Below, piece after piece: positions 45,005 through 53,349 of a DNA stretch of 64,000 nucleotides. The stretch is from an uncultured Candidatus Saccharibacteria bacterium (GTDB lineage: Bacteria; Patescibacteriota; Saccharimonadia; Saccharimonadales; AWTP1-31), in assembly GCA_937903325.1 (NCBI GenBank), contig CALCZR010000058.1, forward strand, positions 1,034 through 65,033. Direction: 5' to 3'. Position numbers and translations under genes: made by a program. Position 1 is the first letter of the stretch, and each line of letters begins with the position of its first letter. The notes under the pieces are model-generated. The model worked only from the letters and a program-made list of their open reading frames with translations. It did no database searches and was not told the origin of the DNA.

Positions 45005-45031
45005 GATCACCGTTTGGTGGTCATTTTATTT
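45005..45031. terminator. intrinsic terminator after repeat B, usable from both strands
   Basis: GATCACC-GTTT-GGTGGTC followed by ATTTTATTT. The reverse strand has GTTTTACTTT after the hairpin. It lies just downstream of the 45053..45949 gene. Confidence 0.6.
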
Positions 45032-45052
45032 AGCAACTGTTCCCTAGACCCC

Positions 45053-45949
45053 TTATTGCAAACTAGGGTTCAGCACAAACAATGAATGCCACCACCAACC
45101 GGTGTACTCAATGCGTACGTGTTGTCCCGGACTGACCGGAACTGAGTAGTGCGACGTGCTGTATGTATTTGTTGACTGGGCTTGCACTAGCTCATCTACA
45201 TAAACCTTTAGGCTACCTCGCGCCGTCAGTTCTAATACTGGCGGAGACGTAGAGCCTGCCGTATATTCAACAGTAGCCGCCACACAGTGATCTGCCTGGG
45301 GCATGACGGAGTTCAAGTAGGCCCTGTTAACTACGACCTGCAAACTACTTGGTAGTGTTAGCTGGTACTGCGGCACAGGGCTCAGTTCAACGAGGTTTGT
45401 TCCTATGCAACCATGCCCGAAGTCGTCACACTCAGCGTCTTCTGGACCGTTGCCGTTATCATCACATTCATGTCCATGCTCGTGGGTTGTGCTCCATATT
45501 TTAAGTATCGCTGGACGAGCACTAGGCCCATTGTCCTGTTGCACTGGAGTAACTGGAGGTACCCCCTGTGCTATGACGCCTGGCAAAGTAGGTGACCCGA
45601 GCTGATTCTTCACCGGTTTGGTAGTATCGTTTGGTGTGGCAGCATCTGCTGTCTTAGTTTCCTGTGGGGCAGCGTTTGCAGATTTAGTAGCAGCCGGAGG
45701 AGAATTGACTACATTGGGTGGGGCAGACGGACGAAAAACCACAGCTGCTGTAGTTCCTAGAACTGCAGTCCCAACAATCACACTCGCCATGAATGCAGGC
45801 GGATTCTTTGGTTTAGGTATTCGGGGCACCTTGGCTACCGGCATACCCAGAGCAGTTGCAGAGAACTGCTTGTACAGCTTCTTTTTAAACCGAGCATCTG
45901 GCTGAATAGCTGCATCGTCAAACCGGGACATGATTTTCTTTGCGTTCAT
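45053..45949 (-). CDS. anti-sigma factor-like membrane protein
   Basis: 4-nt overlap with the upstream sigma gene. Short cytoplasmic N terminus, one TM (FMASVIVGTAVLGTTAAVVF), Pro/Ala/Thr-rich linker and an extracytoplasmic domain. Confidence 0.55.
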   Translation of the reverse strand: MNAKKIMSRFDDAAIQPDARFKKKLYKQFSATALGMPVAKVPRIPKPKNPPAFMASVIVGTAVLGTTAAVVFRPSAPPNVVNSPPAATKSANAAPQETKTADAATPNDTTKPVKNQLGSPTLPGVIAQGVPPVTPVQQDNGPSARPAILKIWSTTHEHGHECDDNGNGPEDAECDDFGHGCIGTNLVELSPVPQYQLTLPSSLQVVVNRAYLNSVMPQADHCVAATVEYTAGSTSPPVLELTARGSLKVYVDELVQAQSTNTYSTSHYSVPVSPGQHVRIEYTGWWWHSLFVLNPSLQ

Positions 45950-46479
45950 CGCTTCACCTCGTTGTCACTATTTTCAATGATACGCTCAAGACTTCGTAGG
46001 GACCTTCGGAAGGTCACTTTGACATAGTTAGTGTCCGTCCCCAGAGCTGCAGCAATCTCTTTATTGGTGTGCTTAAGTATAAGTCTCTGGTATGCAATCT
46101 CACGCTGTTTTTTTGGCAGCTTCTCAATGTACTTTAGTACGCGTTGTTCTAGCGACTGTCCGGACCATTCACGGGCATCTTCTTCAACAGCAAGTGCAAT
46201 ATTCTCAATTGAGTCGGTATACACCACCTTCAAGTTATACTTTTCACGCAGATACGAGTTCCAACGATTCCGCATAATGCCATATAGATATTTAGTCTTG
46301 TCCTCCATGGCGGTTTCCTTGTCCATTTGCTCTGCGAGCGCGATAAAGCATTCGCTGGTGAGATCTTCTGCGACACTCTTATTCAGACATCTCATATAGA
46401 AATATCGATACACTTTATCAATATGTGCCTCATAGAACTGTTCTAGAGACTTTTTGTTACTCTTCATATATTTTGACAT
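45946..46479 (-). CDS. RNA polymerase sigma-70 family (ECF-type) sigma factor
   Basis: Region 2 (VYRYFYMRC..AEDLTSECF) and region 4 HTH (QREIAYQRLILKHTNKEIAAALG). Confidence 0.8.
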   Translation of the reverse strand: MSKYMKSNKKSLEQFYEAHIDKVYRYFYMRCLNKSVAEDLTSECFIALAEQMDKETAMEDKTKYLYGIMRNRWNSYLREKYNLKVVYTDSIENIALAVEEDAREWSGQSLEQRVLKYIEKLPKKQREIAYQRLILKHTNKEIAAALGTDTNYVKVTFRRSLRSLERIIENSDNEVKR

Positions 46480-46605
46480 GCCTGCTCACCGTACAAATAG
46501 AAACGAGTGAACCACCCCTACAACACAGTAAGTTGTAGTCGGGGTACATTCATTTACCACGCTTTGTAGACAGCAACAATACCATATATTCTAAACTACC
46601 GCCAA

Positions 46606-46875
46606 CTAACGGCGTATCTTCTGGGCGCAGGTCCAGGCTACGTATAGTTCCCTGGGCGAAACCGCGTTCAGGCGCCGTACAAGCTCCGTCTTGTTCTTCT
46701 CTTCGTCACCTATAAGCGACAAGCCCGTGAAGTCTAACATCATGAGCAGGTGCCACCGGTCAAGATTGTCGACCAAGTACCGTTGGGTCATGAACCAAGT
46801 TGTCTCATCCCATACGTCAGTTTCGTGCAGTAGTTGTTGTAATCGCCAGTGTTTATTTCGTAAAAACATATTCAT
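46606..46875 (-). CDS. hypothetical protein
   Basis: 89-codon ORF, no family recognised. Confidence 0.4.
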   Translation of the reverse strand: MNMFLRNKHWRLQQLLHETDVWDETTWFMTQRYLVDNLDRWHLLMMLDFTGLSLIGDEEKNKTELVRRLNAVSPRELYVAWTCAQKIRR

Positions 46876-47005
46876 AATATATGTAGGTAGCGGGGTACAT
46901 TACGACGAAGCAGTTCGTAGGTATTGCATTGACTATTCTTTATATGTAATCCTGTATCTAACAGGCTGCAACGATTCTAGTTGTAGCCAATATCCAGGAG
47001 AGTGA

Positions 47006-48130
47006 GTGAGCGTGTCAGCAATAGAGCAAGGAAGTGAGTTTTCGATTGGTCCGGAAGATCTTTGGGCCGACGTTCTGAATTACCCATTTCCAGAAGTCAG
47101 GACTCTACTAAATAGCCTCCGACTTCCTCAAGAATTCTTCATGCATCTGACACCGGATGAAGTGGCTCGAATGCTTCAGGACAACAAGTTTGATTTTGAC
47201 CCAGTCATACAGTTCGAGACCAAGAAGGGGTACGTTGATCGCGACCGTATGCACGTACCCGTCCTAGATCGTATACATGACCTACATCATAAAGACCAAT
47301 TACCCGGGCTATCTACGTATAAGCACCGCTATGCAACCCAGGGATCCACTCAAGCCATTCGCGTCCTAATGCCTGAATGGAAAGCTAAAGGCGAGATGGC
47401 TGAACTCGCCGTCATCGGTGAGAATGGCCGTGAGATTGGCGATGAATATATGGGGTACCAGGCTGTGGCTGACAGCTTCAATATTCCTGTTCATCGAGTT
47501 CCCACACTCGCAGAGGCAGGCAAGCCCGTAAAGGGCAGGGTATGGTTTATCTCTAACCCAAGTGCTATCGACGGTAACTGGCTCAATGACGAAGCCCTGC
47601 AAGCTTTTATTGCAGCAGGGCATGAGGTTGTTCTTGACTTCGCCTATGGCGGCCTCGCGATCGATCCGCACGACTTAGACGTATCCGCACCAAACATTAG
47701 AGCCGTACTAACATCCCCGTCTAAGATTTTTGGAGTCTTCTGGCAACGCTATATGGGCGTGGCCTACACCCGTGAAAAAGTGAGTTCTCTGGAATGGGAT
47801 GCCGTTATGTTTAAAGAAATACCGACTCTTTTAGCAACCCTCATGCTCTACAAAACCTTTAAACCGAATGAGATACCACGCTTGTATCAGCAACGTCAGA
47901 TTGAAGCCTGCGTAGCAATTGCCGCATTACTCAGAAAAGACGTACAGGATATCCAGCCGAGCGATACCCTACTAATGGCCACAATGGCTGAGCCGTTACC
48001 GGATGAATACTCTGGGCATCTTCAATTCACACTACCGTCTGGCGTATCCCGGTTCAGAATACCTGGGATATTAGAGAAACAAGAACTGCATAAACTTGGT
48101 AGACAACTATGGTACCCACGAATTGATTAA
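47006..48130 (+). CDS. PLP-dependent aminotransferase class I/II-like protein
   Basis: ISNPSAIDGN (the NPxNPTG-like position), VVLDFAYGG, and TSPSKIFG (SxSK lysine motif). GTG start with a GGAGAG RBS. Confidence 0.6.
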   Translation: MSVSAIEQGSEFSIGPEDLWADVLNYPFPEVRTLLNSLRLPQEFFMHLTPDEVARMLQDNKFDFDPVIQFETKKGYVDRDRMHVPVLDRIHDLHHKDQLPGLSTYKHRYATQGSTQAIRVLMPEWKAKGEMAELAVIGENGREIGDEYMGYQAVADSFNIPVHRVPTLAEAGKPVKGRVWFISNPSAIDGNWLNDEALQAFIAAGHEVVLDFAYGGLAIDPHDLDVSAPNIRAVLTSPSKIFGVFWQRYMGVAYTREKVSSLEWDAVMFKEIPTLLATLMLYKTFKPNEIPRLYQQRQIEACVAIAALLRKDVQDIQPSDTLLMATMAEPLPDEYSGHLQFTLPSGVSRFRIPGILEKQELHKLGRQLWYPRID

Positions 48131-48133
48131 TAT

Positions 48134-48793
48134 CTATACCACTTTCAACTGCGTTTCATTTGGTGCATAAATCCGAGCACAGTTTGGATCTTCATGAAAG
48201 AAAACTCTAAAACCTTGTTCAGTGATACGTTTGTAATGTCGTGCTTTTCTCATGGTATGCTCAGGATATTTAGGACTGCTGATAATAGCATCAAAGCCAT
48301 GAGCAAACAGTTTGCCTTCAGGCCGGCTAAACCCTTGACCGCCCGGCTTTAACAAACGAGCCATTTCAGTAATATATGAATGATCTGGATCAGTAGACCC
48401 GAAGTCGTATTTTGCTGGTCCCCAGGTGGTTACGATAAGGTCAAAGGATTGGTCAGGTAGATCTAGTGCACTGTCACAGTCACCCTGGAGAAAAGTCACA
48501 TTTGGTGGGTCGTTCGAAGCATCGTACCCACGCTCCTTGTCAGTGTAAAGATCTGCGCGAGTTAGTAGGGCATCCGGATGCTGCCGACCAATCTCAGCTG
48601 CGAACGTAGAATTACCACATGCCATATCTAACAGCGCACAGGCACCGAAGCGAGCCAAGCGATCACCAACCAGACCCATAAAGTCGATTTCGTGTTCTTG
48701 TACGACAGCAGCATAGGAGCGGCTAGAATCTCTTTCATTAAAAGGCAAATCGGTATAGGGGATTCTACCTGGCGCTCCATCAAAGTCTGGCAT
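48134..48793 (-). CDS. class I SAM-dependent methyltransferase
   Basis: Motif I LLDMACGNSTFA and an acidic post-I residue pattern. Confidence 0.75.
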   Translation of the reverse strand: MPDFDGAPGRIPYTDLPFNERDSSRSYAAVVQEHEIDFMGLVGDRLARFGACALLDMACGNSTFAAEIGRQHPDALLTRADLYTDKERGYDASNDPPNVTFLQGDCDSALDLPDQSFDLIVTTWGPAKYDFGSTDPDHSYITEMARLLKPGGQGFSRPEGKLFAHGFDAIISSPKYPEHTMRKARHYKRITEQGFRVFFHEDPNCARIYAPNETQLKVV

Positions 48794-48877
48794 ATTAGCA
48801 GTATTATCACATCATATACTATTTACAGCAATATCAAGCCTATGGAGTTGCACAATAAACGCGTTCGTCATCTTGGT

Positions 48878-50545
48878 CTATTCGTTCGGATAGCTGTTGA
48901 TTATAGTTTGTAGCCGACTAGCTTTGTCTTGGTTCCAGCCCTCCGGCGGAACAACGGCAGACCAAGCCGCCACGATACTATCTGCATAATTGTGACCATG
49001 TCCGTTCGGGGCACTCGTGCCCAGGAATTGATCGAGAGCGACTTGCGTAAAGGTGATGAATGGATACCACTGCATGGAAGGCGAAACATCGTACCCACGT
49101 TTTTCGCTCAGCCAGTCCGGCTTGTTTAGGATGAGGTCAAAGTCAAACCAAACTACCGGGTCAGATGGATGCTGCAAATACAGCGTTCTTGGCTTCTTCC
49201 AATCGGACTGATTCTCGTTAAAGTCACTAGGGTTGGCCACAAACCGGATAGACGTACCGTCCTTATACTCTGGATCTATCTGCGGCGAACCAGGATCACG
49301 ACCCTTAGTTATGGTATTCCAGAGTTCGGTATCGCTCGGCGTTCCAAGGAACAGGGCACCATCCGTCGTATATTTTAGGTCATTCGCACCGCTAAAGGCA
49401 GCCTGCCCGGCATACGACCCCAGGCTTAAGCCATACGTAATGAGCTTAGGTCGGTTATCTACAGGCAGCGTTGCCCACTTACCATACACGGCATTAAACA
49501 GCTGCTGACCAGCATCCTTAGCGTTCTGTTTGTCTACCAGGAAGGAGAGCCAACTTGGCAGATATGAATACTGAATGCTGGCAATGGCCGTATCACCGCC
49601 ATACATATATTCAATACTGTCCATGGACTGTGGCTCGAGCCAGCCAGTACCCGTAGCATTGCCAATAATAAGCACCTTACGTTCAAAGGCTTTAGTACGC
49701 TCTAATTCTTTTACAGCTAGCGCGGCACGCTCTGCAGTAGACCGCGCGCTTTGGAGCCCCGCGTATACTCGAATGGGTTCTTTTGTGGCAACTCCACTGT
49801 TGCTAAAAGTAGCTAGTTGCTGTTGGCTTGGGCCACGGGCCACGAAGCTCCGACCTTGATACCCAAGCGTTTGCCAGGGGGCCAGTGATGCCGGACTACC
49901 AGAACGTTCAGCTGCTATGGGCTGAATTATTCCGGCGGCCGTGCTGTTATTGCGTTTGCTGTAGCTTTTATTGGCAAACCGTACAAAGCTACTAAAGAAT
50001 AGTCCGTTAAATATGGTGATAAGAACGTAGGTAATAATGACCAGCCCTGCAGCAATACTAACTTTTCGAGGCAGCAGTTTGTCGATAAAGTTAATAAGAA
50101 TACGGGTAAGGTAGCGAACCAGTCGCGACCCGTACAGTAGCGCCGAACCGGTTATCAGTGCAATGACGAGGATACGAAAGATATACCGGTGACTTTGTGG
50201 TGTCTCGCCAATAAGTTCACTGACCTGGGTCTGCCAGGTAGCGGCAAAATATAGATATATAACACTAATTAGTGGCCCAACGATACCCAGCGCCCACCAA
50301 GCAATATGCTTGGCTTTGCGTGGTGGCTCCCATTCGATTAGCCAACGAGTAACCCAGCTAACAGTACAGCCCACACCGTACCCAATAGCTAAACTAAAGC
50401 CAGTAGCTACGCCCTGGAACAACCATGGCCGCGGCAGTAGAGAAGGCAGGAATGACAGACAGAACCCAATAGCAGCGCCAAACAGCCCGAGGTAGTTATA
50501 CTTCTTAAATATTGCCGTAGATAACCGAAGTTTTGGTCTGTTCAT
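48878..50545 (-). CDS. membrane-anchored alpha/beta hydrolase (Abhydrolase_9-like)
   Basis: N-terminal half with about 6 TM segments. C-terminal hydrolase domain with the GLSLGSYG nucleophile elbow. Confidence 0.7.
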   Translation of the reverse strand: MNRPKLRLSTAIFKKYNYLGLFGAAIGFCLSFLPSLLPRPWLFQGVATGFSLAIGYGVGCTVSWVTRWLIEWEPPRKAKHIAWWALGIVGPLISVIYLYFAATWQTQVSELIGETPQSHRYIFRILVIALITGSALLYGSRLVRYLTRILINFIDKLLPRKVSIAAGLVIITYVLITIFNGLFFSSFVRFANKSYSKRNNSTAAGIIQPIAAERSGSPASLAPWQTLGYQGRSFVARGPSQQQLATFSNSGVATKEPIRVYAGLQSARSTAERAALAVKELERTKAFERKVLIIGNATGTGWLEPQSMDSIEYMYGGDTAIASIQYSYLPSWLSFLVDKQNAKDAGQQLFNAVYGKWATLPVDNRPKLITYGLSLGSYAGQAAFSGANDLKYTTDGALFLGTPSDTELWNTITKGRDPGSPQIDPEYKDGTSIRFVANPSDFNENQSDWKKPRTLYLQHPSDPVVWFDFDLILNKPDWLSEKRGYDVSPSMQWYPFITFTQVALDQFLGTSAPNGHGHNYADSIVAAWSAVVPPEGWNQDKASRLQTIINSYPNE

Positions 50546-50587
50546 GATACGTATACGCTTATTGTTATACGTATCAGTATACGCTAG

Positions 50588-50851
50588 CTAGCGGCTGGTT
50601 TCGAGATACCACTCAAGATCTACCAGCTGGCTACGGATAGCAGCCCGATCTTTTAAGGTCGTGAGTTTTTTGGCTGCATCGGCAATATCTGAAATAAGGA
50701 ATCCTTGTTCGGGATACTCGCCTATAAGGGAATTGGCGTAGTTTTGTACTGACTTGGCTGTATTAGGGTTGGCCAGAATAGCCGTCCGGAATGCCAAGTT
50801 TGGCAACGGGCGTGCAGTAGAAGAACGCTGATTCAACAGTAATGAAACCAT
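50588..50851 (-). CDS. hypothetical protein
   Basis: 87-codon ORF with GGGAGG upstream. Confidence 0.45.
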   Translation of the reverse strand: MVSLLLNQRSSTARPLPNLAFRTAILANPNTAKSVQNYANSLIGEYPEQGFLISDIADAAKKLTTLKDRAAIRSQLVDLEWYLETSR

Positions 50852-51004
50852 ACCAACCTCCCGTACTTAATGACCCTCGCACAGCCATCAAGATTACTTA
50901 ACGACAATATTATATCATACTTAAGCTTATAATGCAATATTTACAGGAGTTATAAAGAATTTCAGAATTAGTTAAGAAAGATTTAATATAACCAGGTAAT
51001 ACTT

Positions 51005-51727
51005 ATGGGTAGGATGAAACTGCTAATAATAGAGGATGACTCTAGTATCGTACTCGGACTCTACCACGCACTCAGTGGAACTTACGAAGTAGAGAGCGCC
51101 CAAACAGGGCAGGCGGGACTGCGAAAAATTGCTAAAGGTGCTTACGACGCCATTCTACTTGACTTACAATTACCAGATCTATCGGGATTAGAAGTTTGCG
51201 AGCGCATTCGCAGCAGCGGTGTAACCACGCCTATCTTAGTGATTACCGGAGTGAGTAACACGCACAGCAAGGTAACACTGCTCGATAGCGGTGCTAATGA
51301 CTACCTGACCAAGCCATTCAAGCGTGAAGAGCTCGAAGCGCGCCTCCGTGTGCTTACAAGGCAACACCACTCCAAGAACCGTGCCCACACTCGACTTGTT
51401 GTTGGCGACCTCGTACTTGACACCGCTAAGCACCAAGTATTTCGTGGGGGTGTCCCCATTGAGCTACGCCGTAAAGAATTCACCTTATTAGAATGTCTTA
51501 TGCAGAATGCTGGTAAGGTGGTAACCCGAGAGATTCTGGCAGCCCACGCATGGGATGATGATTTTGATGCTATTAACAATACCGTCCACGTGCATATAAA
51601 TCATTTGCGTAAGAAAATAGATCACCCTTTTAATTTACCGCTCATTCGAACGGTCCATGGATTCGGCTACAAAATTGATGCATCTAAATTGGTAGCAAAC
51701 ACTAAATTAAAGGAGGGGGAAGCATGA
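51005..51727 (+). CDS. OmpR-family response regulator
   Basis: Receiver domain (IIEDD, LLDLQLPDLSG, KPF) and winged helix (RTVHGFGYK). An alternative ATG at 51017 gives MKLLIIEDD. Confidence 0.9.
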   Translation: MGRMKLLIIEDDSSIVLGLYHALSGTYEVESAQTGQAGLRKIAKGAYDAILLDLQLPDLSGLEVCERIRSSGVTTPILVITGVSNTHSKVTLLDSGANDYLTKPFKREELEARLRVLTRQHHSKNRAHTRLVVGDLVLDTAKHQVFRGGVPIELRRKEFTLLECLMQNAGKVVTREILAAHAWDDDFDAINNTVHVHINHLRKKIDHPFNLPLIRTVHGFGYKIDASKLVANTKLKEGEA

Positions 51728-51843
51728 AAGAACTACTAGAAAAAGTTCTAACTGACGCGTCAGCGCGCGATTCAGCTACCATGCCGGCAGCCGCAAGCAA
51801 CATGGCGGAGCAATACGTACCATGGAGTGGTGACGAGCTCTAG
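51724..51843 (+). CDS. candidate 39-aa small ORF between the response regulator and the kinase
   Basis: ATG overlaps the regulator stop (ATGA). Translates to MKELLEKVLTDASARDSATMPAAASNMAEQYVPWSGDEL. Below the ORF-track length cutoff. Confidence 0.3.
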   Translation: MKELLEKVLTDASARDSATMPAAASNMAEQYVPWSGDEL

Positions 51844-51906
51844 GCAAAAGAAAGGGGGCGCTGCAGTAGTAGCGCCCCTGTTAAAAACAAGTTACTATAC
51901 TGCTCA

Positions 51907-53349
51907 GTGTTAAAACGTTTACTGCGACAATTCTACACTCGTTTTATTCTGCCGAAATCGACAGATCCTGATTCAAAACGTCATGAGTTCATACTCAATG
52001 TCATTTTGAACGGTATTGGGCTTGCAAGCATCATAGGCCTCGTTGCCACCATTGCTAACGTCTATACCAAGCACGACAGTTTGAAGATTGAACTGATCCT
52101 ACCCATAGCGATTTTCACCGCTATTGTGGGTTTGCTTATTTGGCAGTCTCGAAAAGGTCGTTACTTCCCAGTGGCAATTGCATTGGTATCAGTTACACTC
52201 CTGGTTGCTACATACTTACTCATACTTTGGAGTTTCTTACTCCCGAGCGTATCAGTTACATTTGTCATTGCCATCGTCTTTGCTGGAGTACTGTTCCAAG
52301 CGCGTGCTGCGTTAATTACCAGCAGCCTCGCTATCATAATCATGCTCGGCATTGGGCTAGCTCAAAGTGAGAGCATTATTCGTCCGTATACTGGTTGGCT
52401 CAATCACAGCCTGGACGCTTCTGATGTGGTAGGCAATGCCATTGTGTTTGGGATGATTGGCTTAGTAACCTGGCTGGCTAACCGCGAGATTGATCGGGCG
52501 CTTAGTAGAGCGCGTGACTCTGAACAAGCATTAGCCGTAGAGCGGGACAGTCTAGAGGTTAAGGTCGTAGAACGCACTCGTGAGCTAAAAGCCGCTCAGA
52601 TGATCCGCGTGATGGAGCTACAAAGACTGTCTGAGTATGGACGCATGGGGATGAGCTTGCTGCACGATGTGGCCAACCCACTTACCTCCGCCTCGCTCAA
52701 TATTGAACAATTGCAACTCCAGCACAAACCTGAACTTGTGGAGCAAATAAGTAATAGTGTGCATCACATAGAACGCTATGTGCAGGCAGCTCGTAAGCAA
52801 CTTAAAACCGAAGGTGAAGTGATCAGCTTCAGCGTCTACGACGAGTTAGCTCAAGTAGTGAGCATCATTCGACACCGAGCCAAGGAGTCCAAGGTAACCA
52901 TTAAGATTGATAAAAAACCACATGTCATCCTATATGGTGATGCGGTTAAGTTCAATCAACTCATTGCCAATCTGCTCATTAACGCTATCGAAGCCTACGA
53001 TGATATTCACCACACAAAGCGCTTAGTCCATATATCCTATGGCAAACGTAAAGGAACCGTGGAACTCACTGTCCAAGACTGGGGGAAGGGTATCCCGAGC
53101 GATAAGACCACTGAGGTATTCGATCCATTCTTCACCACCAAAGGTCACACAAAGCACAACATGGGCATTGGACTTTCCATGGTAAAACGGTATGTCGAGC
53201 AAGAATTTGCAGGCACCATCTCCGTCTCAAGCAACTCACGCCGTGGCACACGCTTCGTCGTCAAACTCAACAACAAGGACATTCATGCATCAGATAATCA
53301 TACAAAACGCCCTGGCGTTCCTCAGCCAGAACCAACTCCCCGACGGTAG
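51907..53349 (+). CDS. sensor histidine kinase
   Basis: About 6 N-terminal TM segments, H box SLLHDVANPL, N box NLLINAIEA, G1 DWGKGI, G2 GIGLSMV. GTG start. Confidence 0.88.
   Translation: MLKRLLRQFYTRFILPKSTDPDSKRHEFILNVILNGIGLASIIGLVATIANVYTKHDSLKIELILPIAIFTAIVGLLIWQSRKGRYFPVAIALVSVTLLVATYLLILWSFLLPSVSVTFVIAIVFAGVLFQARAALITSSLAIIIMLGIGLAQSESIIRPYTGWLNHSLDASDVVGNAIVFGMIGLVTWLANREIDRALSRARDSEQALAVERDSLEVKVVERTRELKAAQMIRVMELQRLSEYGRMGMSLLHDVANPLTSASLNIEQLQLQHKPELVEQISNSVHHIERYVQAARKQLKTEGEVISFSVYDELAQVVSIIRHRAKESKVTIKIDKKPHVILYGDAVKFNQLIANLLINAIEAYDDIHHTKRLVHISYGKRKGTVELTVQDWGKGIPSDKTTEVFDPFFTTKGHTKHNMGIGLSMVKRYVEQEFAGTISVSSNSRRGTRFVVKLNNKDIHASDNHTKRPGVPQPEPTPRR

Noticed and set aside
51855-51878. 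The GC-rich hairpin after the 39-aa ORF as a terminator separating the regulator from the kinase.
   Set aside because: No U-run follows it on the plus strand, and no minus-strand gene could use it. I kept it only as a possible RNA structure within the operon.
53192-53284. The tracked start of the cyclase-fusion ORF at 53192.
   Set aside because: This stretch lies wholly inside the histidine kinase coding region, in another frame, and encodes a low-complexity Ser/Ala/Thr peptide. The first ATG at 53285 with AAGGA upstream is more plausible.
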